Source: Tubulanus polymorphus (Eukaryota > Animalia > Nemertea). Taken from it: 64,000 bases of DNA. Shown piece by piece: positions 50,001 to 62,512 of the stretch. Location of the stretch: positions 4,154,001-4,218,000 of the forward strand of contig NC_134025.1 in NCBI RefSeq assembly GCF_964204645.1, read 5' to 3'. Every line of letters begins with the position of its first letter. The first letter of the stretch is position 1. The position numbers and the translations under genes are program-made. Below the pieces are notes generated by a model, which ran no database searches, was not told where the DNA came from, and was given only the letters and a program-made list of their open reading frames with translations.

Positions 50001-52098
50001 TTGATTTGGTTGCATATGTGAAATAAAATGTGAGTTGTTTCTTTTTTGTAGAAAAAGATGTTGAAATAGGTGGAACTAGTGCTGATAATGCAACTGGCTG
50101 GGCAGGATGGGCAATGGGTGGTATGACTTCTTTGACCACAAAACTCTATTCAAAAACAAAACGACCATCACCTAGTAAAAAAGGTAATATTGAGATTGAT
50201 AAAGCATTACCATTAAAGATCAAGTTATAGAATGAATTGGCATTATTTTGTGAGTTTCGAATTATTCTCAGTTGAACCAGTTGCTGATGAAAGTGCGAAG
50301 TCAACGTCATCACAGGAGACGACTCCTATCCCATTGAGTAAACTGCCTGATGTCGTAACTGAGGAGACACCAGTCGACGATAATGATGCAGATACAGGAT
50401 GGGATGATGAAGATTGGGGAGAAATGGATGTAAATATTTTCAGCAAAATGGGTAATATATGATAGATAATACCTCAGGCATAGGTTGATGACAAATTTGT
50501 GTCTATATCTTACTTAGGATATTGATGAACAGCAGGATAAAGGTGATTCTATGGGTGTCCAGGCCGATACTGGATGGGATGAAGGTGGCTGGAATGATGA
50601 CGACAATTGGGAAAGTTTGGAAGCTACAAATCAGGTATACAAAACACGTCCTTTGATAAATTATAAATTTTATCAAAAGGACAGTCAACGAGTAAGCCCT
50701 ATTGAGATAGCTAACAGCCACTTGTATTTCTGTGCTGCAACAAACGCCCAGCTAACCTTTCAGCTCCGTCTGAGACATCTTAGCCTGTTTGAAGGGTATA
50801 CACTGGGTGAGGATCACTCACGGATAGGTACTTTCTACCACTGGTCCAGGGACTTTTCCCAAAGTATCATTGAGGTACTCCGATGACAAGTCTGTTTCCT
50901 GTCCACTACACTATGCAGTCAAGAATCCTATATATACCTGATATTTGATTTATTCTGACCTGTGCGGTATTTTCAATAATTCGTCAAAAATTCCCCATAA
51001 GTCTCAATCCTTTCATCATTCTTTACATTCAATCAATTGCTAGAAATGATGTATGAAATGAAAATGATTAGTATTTTTTGTTGATACCAAACTTCATTCT
51101 ACCAATGTATAAATGGACATGTGTTGATTGTAGTTCCATATTTTGTCACCAGGTGGCCAGAATTAAAGTTTGGTTATTTCGATGACCATAAACGTGTATT
51201 TTAAACCTATATATAAAACCTATATATTGATTTTATTCTTTACTTAGAACTATGATTTTATTTATAAGTAAATCCACAACTTTCATCGTATAGCTTGTTA
51301 AATTTTCAGGGAAATGCGAAAATTGCTACAAATGATGGTTGGGATGATGGTGATTTTATTAGTCCAAATTCAGATGCTCAGCCTGCTAGTAGTTATGATT
51401 GGGGCGACACTGGGAATGATGATTTCTTTAATTTAATTGAAAAGGTAATAATCATGTCAGGTTAATTAGTTTATCAGTTGATCAATTTGATTAAAAGTAC
51501 ATATGGTGCATATGTCTAAAAAACTTTTAAAATTTTCTCTTTATCGGAATTTATAGCCTTCTCCCAATAAAACTAAATCATTGATGTCTTCCAAATCGAA
51601 GTCACCACCACGAACTAGTGCACCTTCTAAATTATCAACAACAACGAATACCCAGTCCATGTCATCAACTACAACAACATCAAGTAAATTAAAAATGACT
51701 GCGGGTTGGGAGGAGAGTGGCTGGGGTGATAGTGAATGGAAGGATGCCAATAGTGAGTGGAAAGATGCTGACAGTGGTTGGAAGGATGCTGATCATAGTG
51801 AATGGAAAGATGCTGAAGATTGGCAACCTATTGATAATACTGGTATGTATAGATCATTCTTTCATTGATATTCGCAGAATCCAAAACTTGAAATAATTTA
51901 ATAATTCTTCATCAAATTTTGTTCCTAGGACCAACGAAAGCTGAACTTGCGCGACTGAAACGAGAGGAAAGAAAACTGCAGAGACAAAAAGAAATAGAAC
52001 AAAAACGTGCTGCTAAACAGGGAGGTGCAATGAAACTGGGTGCTAAGAAAAAACCTGCAACAACTGCTGATGACTTTGACAATTTTGATAATTGGTGA
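47056..52098 (+). CDS. SCYL1: N-terminal kinase-like protein (SCY1-like pseudokinase 1), multi-exon
   Basis: MWSFFTRDP start, [53 protein letters not shown] region [15 protein letters not shown] and [25 protein letters not shown], coiled coil and MKLGAKK near the C-terminus; TGA at 52096-52098. Confidence 0.96.
50671..50920 (-). mobile_element. Probable decayed tRNA-derived SINE in a SCYL1 intron
   Basis: Minus strand begins with A-box-like GCATAGTGTAGTGG, then CTTTGGGAAAAGTCCCT and CTCACCCAGTGTATA, resembling SINE central-domain motifs. GC-richer than the intron; B box not clear. Confidence 0.45.
51731..51823 (+). repeat. Coding tandem repeat in SCYL1 (21-24 nt unit, S[EG]WKDA[ND] x4)
   Basis: AGTGAATGGAAGGATGCCAAT / AGTGAGTGGAAAGATGCTGAC / AGTGGTTGGAAGGATGCTGATCAT / AGTGAATGGAAAGATGCTGAA. 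Confidence 0.9.
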
Positions 52099-53490
52099 AG
52101 GGTTTGTGGAAAAGACTTGCCTAATCTAGTCTCATCGAGGAGGTTCTTGTAAATGGATACACTGTGATATGTTGTGCTCTGGACTGGACTTCTTTATGTA
52201 TATGTGGACATAGTTTTCAGTGACGAAAATGAATGAATTTTTATGTTTGAAAAAAATGATTTTGTTCTCTAAATTTGATTACTAAGTTAAGGATTTTGTT
52301 TTGTGTTATAATGTAATTCACACAGTCATTTTAGATTTAATGCCTATATTTAAGTAATTGTGCATGCTTCCTGTAAATGTCCCTGTCACTGTATTATGAA
52401 TGCTATAATTTTACTGTGTAATTTATCACATGTAAAACGCAATTATGTTACTCATTATTATTCACTTGAAGTACTTAAACACGATCAGTAGATAGTGAGA
52501 AATATGGAAGTAAAGGCACACTTTTCAGTTAGCTTATATCATTCCCAGTTGCATTTGTTATTCATTAACCTGGTAAGAATATGTAATCATATAGACTAAA
52601 GCACTCTCAAACTCATTCATAAACGTTTTATTTTTTTTCTGGGATGAATGAGTCTGAATGTAGTTCATTTTAGCTTTAGTTGACAAATGACTAATTAAAT
52701 TGGGTTCAGTCATTGTGGTGTAAAAGTTGCTTTAGTTTTTCAGGTTGAGAAGAGATTTTTCTGATTAGTTTTATGCTAACTGAGGTAAAATGTATTATTT
52801 ATAATTGTAAATATGTATAGATATGCAATCCCATTCTACTATGATTTGTAAATTGATGAAGAGTGAGGCTATGGACTATCGAAATAAATAATTGAATTCA
52901 GAATGTGACTGTTTTGTTATGTAGTACTCGGTTCATTGATCAGTATAACTTAAAGCTTCTCAAAAATTTTGAACAACTTTACCTAAATGATTTATATAAA
53001 GAATTATGATTAATTTAATCAATGGGTTAGTGTCACGCGCCGCCGCATGTTGCGGGGGCAGCACCTGACGGATTGCTAGTGCTGCCTCCTGCAAGAATGT
53101 TCATCAGCGAATAACTGGGAAAAGGAATTCTTAAGTGGTAAATACATCTTTATGCTGGTTTCTAGTCAGTAAACAATGTCAGGAATCACTTGTTCTAAAA
53201 CATATATGAAATCTAGAATACCGAGTGATTTATGGCTAAAATAGAGACACGAAATAGAGGTTTTTGGCGTGTTCAACTTGGTTGTCAAGTTTGAAAATAT
53301 TTGTTATGGTTAGTCTGTGTATAATCTCCTCTACCTACAAGTAAATAGGCCGGCCTTAATCATTTTGGAGAAGTAGTGTTGATACTATGCTTCGGACCCT
53401 TCAGATAGGATATTCATTGAACCCGAATTCTGTAATCCATCATATTTGACAATTATTTCATCAGAGACAGAAGTGCATAGATACTACTAG

Positions 53491-54036
53491 TAATGTCTAT
53501 TTATTAATTGATGAGACCTGTTTTTCTGGGATATTTTACTTACTTTTTGGGGTACATACCTCATTAATGTCTTAACAGAATGCCAAAAATCGCGGACAAC
53601 AACTGAATATCCGATATATTTCCAGTTCTGTACCAATTAGATGGATTGGCAAAAAGACTCCTTTAGTCCAATTGAATGAGAGAGAAAATCCTCCATTTTG
53701 TCAAATTTCTTGGATTTGAACATTGTTACCATGCCTACGCCACCCTGATTTAGTTGTTGAGACCCCACAAGAAAAATAACTTCATTTCGTAGGCATGGTG
53801 ACAATGTAAAAATTCAAGAAATTTCACAAAATGGAGGATTTTCTCTCTCATTCAATTGGACTTAAGGAGTCTTTTTGCCAATGCATCTAATTGGTACAGA
53901 ACTGGAAATATATCGGATATTCAGTTGTTGTCCGCGATTTTTGGCATTCTGTTAAGACATAAATGAGGTATGTATCCCAAAAAGTAAGCAAAATATCCCA
54001 GAAAAACAGGTCTTATCCATTAATAAATAGACATTA
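53491..54036. mobile_element. Long foldback / MITE with ~249-bp near-identical inverted arms and a 48-bp spacer
   Basis: Arm 53491-53739 is the reverse complement of 53788-54036 with scattered mismatches, e.g. TAATGTCTATTTATTAAT versus ATTAATAAATAGACATTA. Confidence 0.92.
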
Positions 54037-54163
54037 GATAGTCAAGGTTGGGATACCGGTACCTGTCCTAGACCTAACTTGACTGTTTATACCAATTTGA
54101 ATTATTCGTGAAATTTCATGCCCAACAACGGCTAAAAATTACCATTTTATTTTCAGTATTCAG

Positions 54164-56017
54164 ATGTCTGAGGAACGAAGAAGAGGAGATGATGATGGTG
54201 AGGAGGGTGGTCCAGGAGCTGCTTACATGCAGTTCGTTGTTATGGAAGAATTACTGGATAAATTGAAATTATTGAATTATGAATCTTCGTTTTCAAGACA
54301 GATTGGAATGAAACCGTTTTCCAGGTAAGTCATCACTAAGGCCTGCTATTTTGAAAACAATAAGTTAAAGAATGTGATTCACTTTCATCTAAATGTCTTT
54401 TCAGGCATTATTTTGCTATCGCCACAAATCCAGGTGAACAGTTCCATGCATTTACATCACTGGCGGCATGGCTTCTACGTACAGCTGGAAAACATATGGA
54501 TCAACCACAAGAATATGACGATCCAAATGCCACGATAGCCAACATTCTTGATGAATTACGACAATTCGTACGTTTGCGAATCGGTCTTTAGAACTGACCT
54601 CACCTTTCAAATGATTTGTTATGAATATTGTTCAATTCGTTACAGGGACATACAGTTGACTTTCCTCCATCAAAACTGAAACAAGGATGTGGTGAGAAAT
54701 GCATCGAAGTCCTGGATAAGCTGGCGAACGAAGCGCTGAAAAGCACAATGTTCATGTGGAATAGGTACGAACTTCCGTATTATCGATAAGAGCTGGAAAA
54801 TAAAGTATAATGTAAGAATCTTAATTGAAAGATAATTTTTTCGAAATAGGCCGTCATATCCGGAGGAAGAGGCAGACGAAGAAGATATAATCGATGATGA
54901 ATCAGAGTTAGAATTGAATAAACCGCTTGAAGAAGTCGAACAAGCCGATGATGAGGACGAATACGAAGATGAAGCCAGAATTTTAGATTTAGATGGTCTC
55001 AAGAAAAATAAACAGTCTCAGGTATGATAAATATCCCTTAAATTACCCTTTTTTACAATAGAACCCTTGGCTGCTGTTGTGTTTAAATGCTTGGTTATTG
55101 GTTGTGGTTTTTAGGATGGAGAATCGTCAAAACCAGAAGAAATACTACTTTCAACGACAGATGCGGCTGAGTGGAAATTAGAAGTTGAAAGAATTTTACC
55201 ACAACTTAAAGTGACTATTCGTACCGACAATAAGGTGAGTAGTTATAGGTGGAACACGTTTTTAACCAATCATGGTTCTTAATAGTAAGCAATGATGATG
55301 ATTGTGATTGATTTGCAGGATTGGAGAGTCCACGTTGAACAAATGCACCAGCACGCCGGAGGTATTGAAACTTCATTGACCGAAACTAAAACGCACTTGG
55401 ATAAATTACATGATGAAATCACGCGAACATTGGAAAAAATCGGCAGCCGAGAGAAATATATAAACACGCAACTAGAACAGTCGCTGCAGGAGTTTCGACA
55501 CATGCAAGATCGACTGGCAGAAACTAAGGAGAGATATCGGCAAGGGAGTGGTGGAGTTACTGAACGTACCCGCATTTTAGCAGAGGTTTGTTTGGAATTT
55601 TCGGCTCTGCCAGATCTTTGTTATCTGTAGATTATTGTGATACTTAATTCGTGTTTGATTTACTCAGGTTACGGAAGAACTGGAGAAAGTGAAACAAGAA
55701 ATGGAAGAAAGAGGCAGCAGTATGACTGATGGGGGTAAGATAAAATGAGATATCACTTCATTAATCAAAATTAGATCATACGATAACACCTCAATTTAGG
55801 AAAACTCTATCGCTATTACAAAAAAAATTCTCATTGATTTTCAGCTCCACTAGTTAAAATCAAACAGGCGATAGTTAAAATCAAAAGCGAAATTACACAA
55901 ATGGATATCAGGACCGGTGTACTGGAACATATTCTACTGCAAGCTAAAATGCGAGAGAGAACCGAGAACCAGCGTCAACTACCGGGTGATGATCCATACG
56001 AAATCAAAGCCTACTGA
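54164..56017 (+). CDS. IFT57: Intraflagellar transport protein 57 (multi-exon)
   Basis: MEELLDKLKLLNYE, HYFAIATNPGEQF, PQEYDDPNATIANIL, FPPSKLKQGCGE, EWKLEVERILPQLKVTIRTDNKDWRVH, LEKIGSREKYIN, MEERGSSMTDGAPLVKIKQ, MDIRTGVLEH; TGA at 56015-56017. Confidence 0.96.
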
Positions 56018-56523
56018 TTAGAAATTCGATCTGATAATTTCGAGACTATGAGATATAAATAAACCTGTGACACAAGGAGGATGTGATGATGGGGAATTTT
56101 TTCCCTGCATTGTCAAAAGGACTGAATTTAAACTGCCATGCTTCAAATCTAATTTGTTTTAATGTAGCACCCGGTAGTGTAATTGCTTTGAATTTCAGTT
56201 GTTCGTACATTGTACTTAGTTGAAATGTCCACATTGTCTTTATACACAAAGAACCACGTAATAAAGATTATTTTTTTTCCGTCCACAAGTTAACTTATAC
56301 ACATGTGCTGTATTAGTTTTGAAATAAAAGATTTATCAATTGACATATTGAGTTCTTCAATGATACAGGCTTATTAATAACCACAATCATAACTTCAGGA
56401 TGAAGCAATAACTTTTCCTTCTGGTTTTGTCGGTCTCCTTCCTCTGCAGTGGAAATCTCATTATGACCACTTCAGATGTTACGATTCTTGTGATTACAAA
56501 CCTAGATCTTGATCCCGAAAAGT

Positions 56524-56600
56524 ACTGGATATAACGAACTAGCGATTATAACGCATTTTCTGGTCCCCTGAAGTTCGTGGTAACAAGGTTCCATTGAATA
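56524..56600. mobile_element. Fragment of a pogo/Tigger-type MITE end
   Basis: Repeated TATAACG motifs followed by GGTCCCCTGAAGTTCGTGGTAACAAGGTTCCATTG, resembling a common invertebrate MITE terminus; opposite end not found. Confidence 0.4.
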
Positions 56601-58193
56601 ATCATTCTAACTTGATGGCTATATAGAGATGGAAGAAATTGCTTTGACAATGGATGCTCTTACATCATACATTCCCTATAAAGGGCCAAGCCAGGACCAA
56701 TTGCCATTGAAGAACAACAAAATGTGTCATGAAATTTACAGAATAAACACTTTATTTACAATTATCAACCATACTCGGATACATCGTAACCTAGATCAGA
56801 GCAGTGGCCAGCCTATCATACAAGTTGTTTTTATTTTTTAGCTGCCTATGTTTATAGTGATAATTCAATTTTTCACTAGTTTGATGTTCTTTGGCTCTGA
56901 ACATCAACATTTAAATGGCTCTCGTTTTTACAGCCATAACATGCATAAGAGAAACCAAATTTACTATGTGTTCCTGAACTATTGTTCTAACTTAAGTGTA
57001 CATTGTTGTTATATGAGGAGGGGGGGGGCGGGGGATGGGTCAGCTCATTTATTCATTATTTGTATAAAATGCATAGAAAACTTGAGATAAATGAAAATTC
57101 ACATCATTTGATACATAAAGAACAGAGAAAGTGTCAATTTCCATGAATTGAAACATATTTTGCACACCTTTGTATACCCAGTAAATGAATGAATCAAACC
57201 TTGAATATGTTCGTAACTCATTCATTAATCATTAATCAGATGGAGTTCAAATCAAGTTATAATCAGTTTGATTTACTTTTTTCCCTGATGATGCTCAATA
57301 GAAGACGAATACGGAAGCAATAGTAACTACTAAATCACAAATGATACATACACTGTCATACATACAACACGTTCTAGTACAATGGGTTTTTGAGAACACC
57401 ATAGTCAATTTCTTATTCCGAATGATTCAAGAATCTTTCATAGAATAGCGTGTGATTTGAGGTTAGTAGCACTGGCCAGTCTCTCCATAGATATAAAAAT
57501 TCATTGACAATTTATGAATTTCATACAAGAAATATCTACAAGTAAAATTCACTATACGTACAGTATGTAATTTTTGTTTAAATATTGCAAAAACTCACAA
57601 TACAATTTACAATTACAATCTCTCCTGATAAGCACTTAAGACTACTAGCAAAGGTTCAAGTCAAATAAAGTGTACACATACTGAAGAACAAGGATGATAC
57701 ATATATAGGCAATATAAGCACCTTTAAACTTAATGAGACTGACTGGAGGTATATCGTAGCGCACTCATGTTAAGTGGAAAAGAAAACGGAAAGCAAGTGT
57801 TTGGATGGTAAATCTAACAATTGGCATCATTGAAAGACATCCAAGATTAATCTCAGTTTTAGTCTAAACGATGAGAAATAATCATGCCTAAATTAAAAGA
57901 ATGCCAAAACGATTACATACTTTAAACAAAAGGCATGTTCTCAGTATTAGCTAATATGTCAGATATGAAACATGAAATAAATAGCTTAATAATTACTGTA
58001 TCTCAGACTCGGAAATAATATACAAAATTGCAATGATCTTACACATACAACTACTGTAACAAGTCAGACTTCAAGAGATCAGTTAATTCTACAGTTTAAG
58101 TTCATAAAAAACTCTCACGCTTCCATCTAACACATTCACAAACCATCCAACAATGATTTTATAATAATTACTCATACAAAATGCATGGTCTAA

Positions 58194-61100
58194 TCATATG
58201 AGTCCTCGTCGCTTTTTATAAGCTTCCAGGTTTAAAGATCGTCTTGGAGCTGAATCTTTCGTAAATGGAGGAGGGTTTGATGCCATAGAAATAGGTGTAT
58301 CTGAAACGATAACAAAGACATTTAGAATTTGAATTTCTTATTCAAGGATCAAACGTGATTCAAAAATGAATGCATTATAAAACATACTTGATACAGGAAC
58401 ATCTAGATTTATTGTGATGTCAAAATTATGCACATCAAAAAGATCTTCTTGTTTTTGTAATGAGTCTTTTTTGCTCTTTTTGGCCGGAGTTTCCTCATCG
58501 TCATCATCATCATCATCATCATCATCGCCAAAAAGATTCTAAATAAAAGATATTCATATTTGCGTGTTAATCTTTCCCTTATGTTTTCAATCAGTTTGAT
58601 CTGAATATAATGAACTCACTTTTAAAGGTGGAGCAGTTGGAACGGGTATTACAGGAACATTTGTTTCAGGGTTTTTCACCCGAGGTTGTGCAGCGACTGG
58701 CGATGGTTTCATATCTTTATTTCCCTATTTGAAGAAAATGAGTTACACAAAACACAAAATTCAACGTCCATCACAATATTCTAACGAAATTAAGATATTG
58801 ATTGTCCCTTACCTTGGTCACCATTGTCGGCCGTGTATGTCTTCGCGTAAATGGATCAGCTTTAGCATTTTTCATTTCGGCTATTTCTCGTTTGAATGCA
58901 TCTTCGGCTTCCACGATGTTTCGTTGTCGATTTCTCTGATTTATAAAACTGCAGAAAACGAATAAAGGTTCAAGAAATGGTCAAAAAGGGTATGTGAAAA
59001 ATTTGTCAACACAAATATTTGAGATATAATATACAAACCTGATTGAGTTGATATTACTCGTTCGTCTCCTGTCTAATTCTTTTGCTCTCTCTTCTAATTC
59101 ATCCAGTTCTCTTTTCGCTTCTTGAAGTTTATCATCATCACCAGTTATTTCAGCCATTTCCTGAAAATGAATACAAAAAGAAAATGTATATTCTGCGTAC
59201 AGAGAGAAATTTTGCCTGCTTGAAAAAGATTCTTGTAATTTTCAATTTTTTACCTTCGTTTTTATCAAGTGAGTTTTTTGCATGGCATAGTTGTGCGGAT
59301 TCTTTTTGAATTTCTTCTTTTCGCTGACAATCTGTCATTGGAGTAAAAATCAATCGTATATTCGATGAAAAAGAAAAACCTATGTTGATTAGAATAAGAT
59401 GAACTACTGAAAAAGAATGAAGTTACCCTGTCAATATCATCTTCATTGAATTTATAATTGATTGCTCTTTGAATATCTTTTTCTTTTTGTTCTATTTCCT
59501 GAATAGTGGGCAGCTGTAATCCACCGAGCATCATCGCTGTTTTCCATTTGAAAAATTCGGTCTCAGTAAAATCCTGATTTGATACAAATTCCAGCCGATA
59601 AACTCGCTCAGCATTGGCGTGACGCAAGCGAAGTCCTTTATTTGTGGTTGTATTATTCAGTTTGTACACTTTTCCTGTCTCAACAACTTCAATAATTTCT
59701 GCCACCTTAAATAAGAAGAGTCAACTATTGACCTCTCTGTATCTGTATTGAATAACAATAATTTTGAATACAACTTACTCTATAAACAGATTTGCCTTCA
59801 TGATTCCCGATTCCTATTCGTACATAGCAACCATTGATAGTTTGACCAAAGAATGGCATGTGGCACCACCTAAATATATACAAATAAAAAGTATATTCCA
59901 ACTACTTGATACTTAAAGATTCTGTCCTTAGATTTGCTGCATAAACAAAACTCACTTTTCTAATTTGAATCGTGATAATCTAACCCTTCCAAGCTCTTCT
60001 TTAGCAGTGATGATTTGTTGTTTTTTCGGCCGCCTTGCTTCCGTATCAGAACTAAATAGAGAAAATCAATACGATGCTTTCACGAGGAAACTTCAAATTT
60101 AATCTTTTTTTAATATTCGAAAGGCAAAATCATAATATACATACTCGTCTTCTGAATCAGATCTGGAACGATATGAATTTCTTTCACTTGATTCCGAGTC
60201 TGATTTGCCTCGCGATTTCACTTCATCTTCACTTTCATCATCCTCATCATCGTCCGAATAAACATCACTCGCTTTCAGAACCTGTTTCTTCTTTTGTTCT
60301 TCTGTAAAGTGGAATTCAAATTCAATTTTCTATTTGAGACGTACCTTGTTATCGGTATGTCAGTACGATTGAATGAATGATTTTACCAACCTAACAACTT
60401 GATTTTCTTCTCTTTTTCTTCTCGTCTAGCTTTCAAATCTTGGAACGCCGATTTTTTCAAATCTTTCTTATCCTCAACAGTTTGACGTCGTTCAGCACTA
60501 CGTTGACTAACAGGAGTTGATGGCTTCAGATAATTTGGAATTGGCGATGCGATCTTGTGCTTCTTTTTCTCTTTTTCCTTCTTCTTTTGTTCCTTCTTCT
60601 TCGCTTGTCTCAGTTTCTTTTCGATTTCAAACCTAAGCAATTATAACAATCCTCACTGTCTTAATCAAGACTAAAGATTGTAATAAATGTATTTTCCTCC
60701 TCTCATACATTGTAGCATATATTCACCTGGTTTTGAGGACTTCACGTTTTTCTATTCGATTGAATAACTCTTGTTCTCTCTCTTTCTCGGTCATATGTTC
60801 CAGCATACGCCTGTCTTCTTCGTCTCCCATCAAATTCTCGTCATATCCGTCATGAAACTCTTCAGGTCCACTGTCCGAATCATCGCTGCTTTCAGCCTCC
60901 GATTTCTGGACTGATTTTTCGCTACCAGAATCAGAGATTTCTCCTGAAATTCATAAATTGGGACATTGATAACCATCTCATTCTTTTCATTCTTTTTTCG
61001 TTTTTCATTCTTCTGATAAGTTGTTTTACTTATATATCTACCTTCTTCTGGTTCAGAATGAGGTTCAGGTTTTTCTGGCTCTGCCTCGCTGTCCGATGAG

Positions 61101-62125
61101 GCAATTTTTGTTTTCTTCTTTTGACGTTTTCCGGCTTTAGCCTTCTTCTTTTTGCTAGCTTTACCATCACCAGTCCACTAAAAGGGACACAAAATTCAGA
61201 ATTTTGGATTCGGCCAAGCATATTCTGGATTTGGAAGGTAGATATTAAATTTTCAAGCATCTATTGCTTCAATGCAAGCTACCACAGACCTCATCATCAC
61301 TCTCAGATGTAGCTGATGCCGAGTCATCATCTTCTTGTTGGCTAGATTGTTCTGGTTCTGGTTCTGAAGAACGTTTGCGCTTTGCTAACGCCTTCAAATC
61401 CTACAACGACAAACATCATTATTTCATTATCAGATACAGCGACAAAATTAAGAATTTTAAGCTGTTTTATAGGAATTGCACGTTCTTAAAATTCATAAGA
61501 GACATGATTTAGGAATATTTCCTGGTTATAGAGATTTAGTTGATTTGCCCGTACTTAGGCTCTGTTAGTCTACATGTTCTACAGGGTTTTGAAGGTTGTT
61601 CATTCATGGCGGTAGGCTATATGTAGTGCCTGAAGCCAAAAGGCACAGAAGATTCATCGGTGTATCATAAACTTTTCCGTTGCTTGGACTGTCTGGATTA
61701 TAGATATAGGCCCCATCATGTCAGGATTCATTTTCTTGAATCACCAGACAATGGGGGCCATCACTACATGATTAAGGAGATGCATTTCTTTTAAAATTTT
61801 AGGCCAGGGGCTGAAGAGGGCTTGTACGCTAGTAATTTTGTAGTTTACTGAGAGACTGGACCATTTCATTCTCACAATAAGATCTTCTGATAGATTTTCT
61901 AATCTTTCTGGGATTTTCCGCCATACATTATTACACAGTATAAGTTGTGTAGTGAGAAGTAAGCAGGGAATCGATTTTTCCATCAAGAAGAAGTCATATT
62001 AGGCGACATTAAAACGACTTCGAAACACACGATTAAGTCGTTTCAACTACCTCTTCAAGATCAGCATCACTTTCACTACTATCAGTATCAGAATCAATAA
62101 GGGCTCTACTCTTCTTTCGCTTCAT
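58194..62125 (-). CDS. RTF1: RNA polymerase-associated protein RTF1 (PAF1 complex), multi-exon
   Basis: Start [13 protein letters not shown]; [40 protein letters not shown]; Plus3 domain [16 protein letters not shown]...VRIGIG...[16 protein letters not shown]; [10 protein letters not shown]; [12 protein letters not shown]; ends [11 protein letters not shown]. Confidence 0.97.
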
Positions 62126-62512
62126 TTTCGGGGTAAAATTTAGGGTAAATTACGAGCAGCAAATTTCATCCGCCGCGAGCCTTCGAGCCTTCCCGAACTA
62201 AATTGAAATATCGTCGGAGTGAATAATGCTAGCGTTTCCGATTCGCTAATTCGGTCACTAATACAAACATTGTTAGGCATTATTTCTCGTAAATAAAGAT
62301 TTCTAAAATATTAAAAAATGTTCTAAACTAACTTATTTCAATGTAAGTATATCATAATTGTATGTATTTAATTTTTATATGGTGAAATGAAGTTTCGCCA
62401 TTAGATATTCAGCCCGTACCTACGAATGACACACTTATTGAAATGAAAATTCAGTCTCAAAAGTCACCTATTTAATCCTATTTAAACTAATTTTAATGTG
62501 TAACACCTCAAA

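Noticed and set aside
51731-51823. Short regularly spaced repeats resembling a CRISPR array
   Set aside because: In-frame coding tandem repeat in SCYL1 with no unique spacers and no cas genes; eukaryotic context.
53725-53802. X-box-like GTTACCATGCCTAC in the foldback arms upstream of the ciliary gene IFT57
   Set aside because: Two mismatches in the second half-site; too weak to claim transposon-donated RFX sites.
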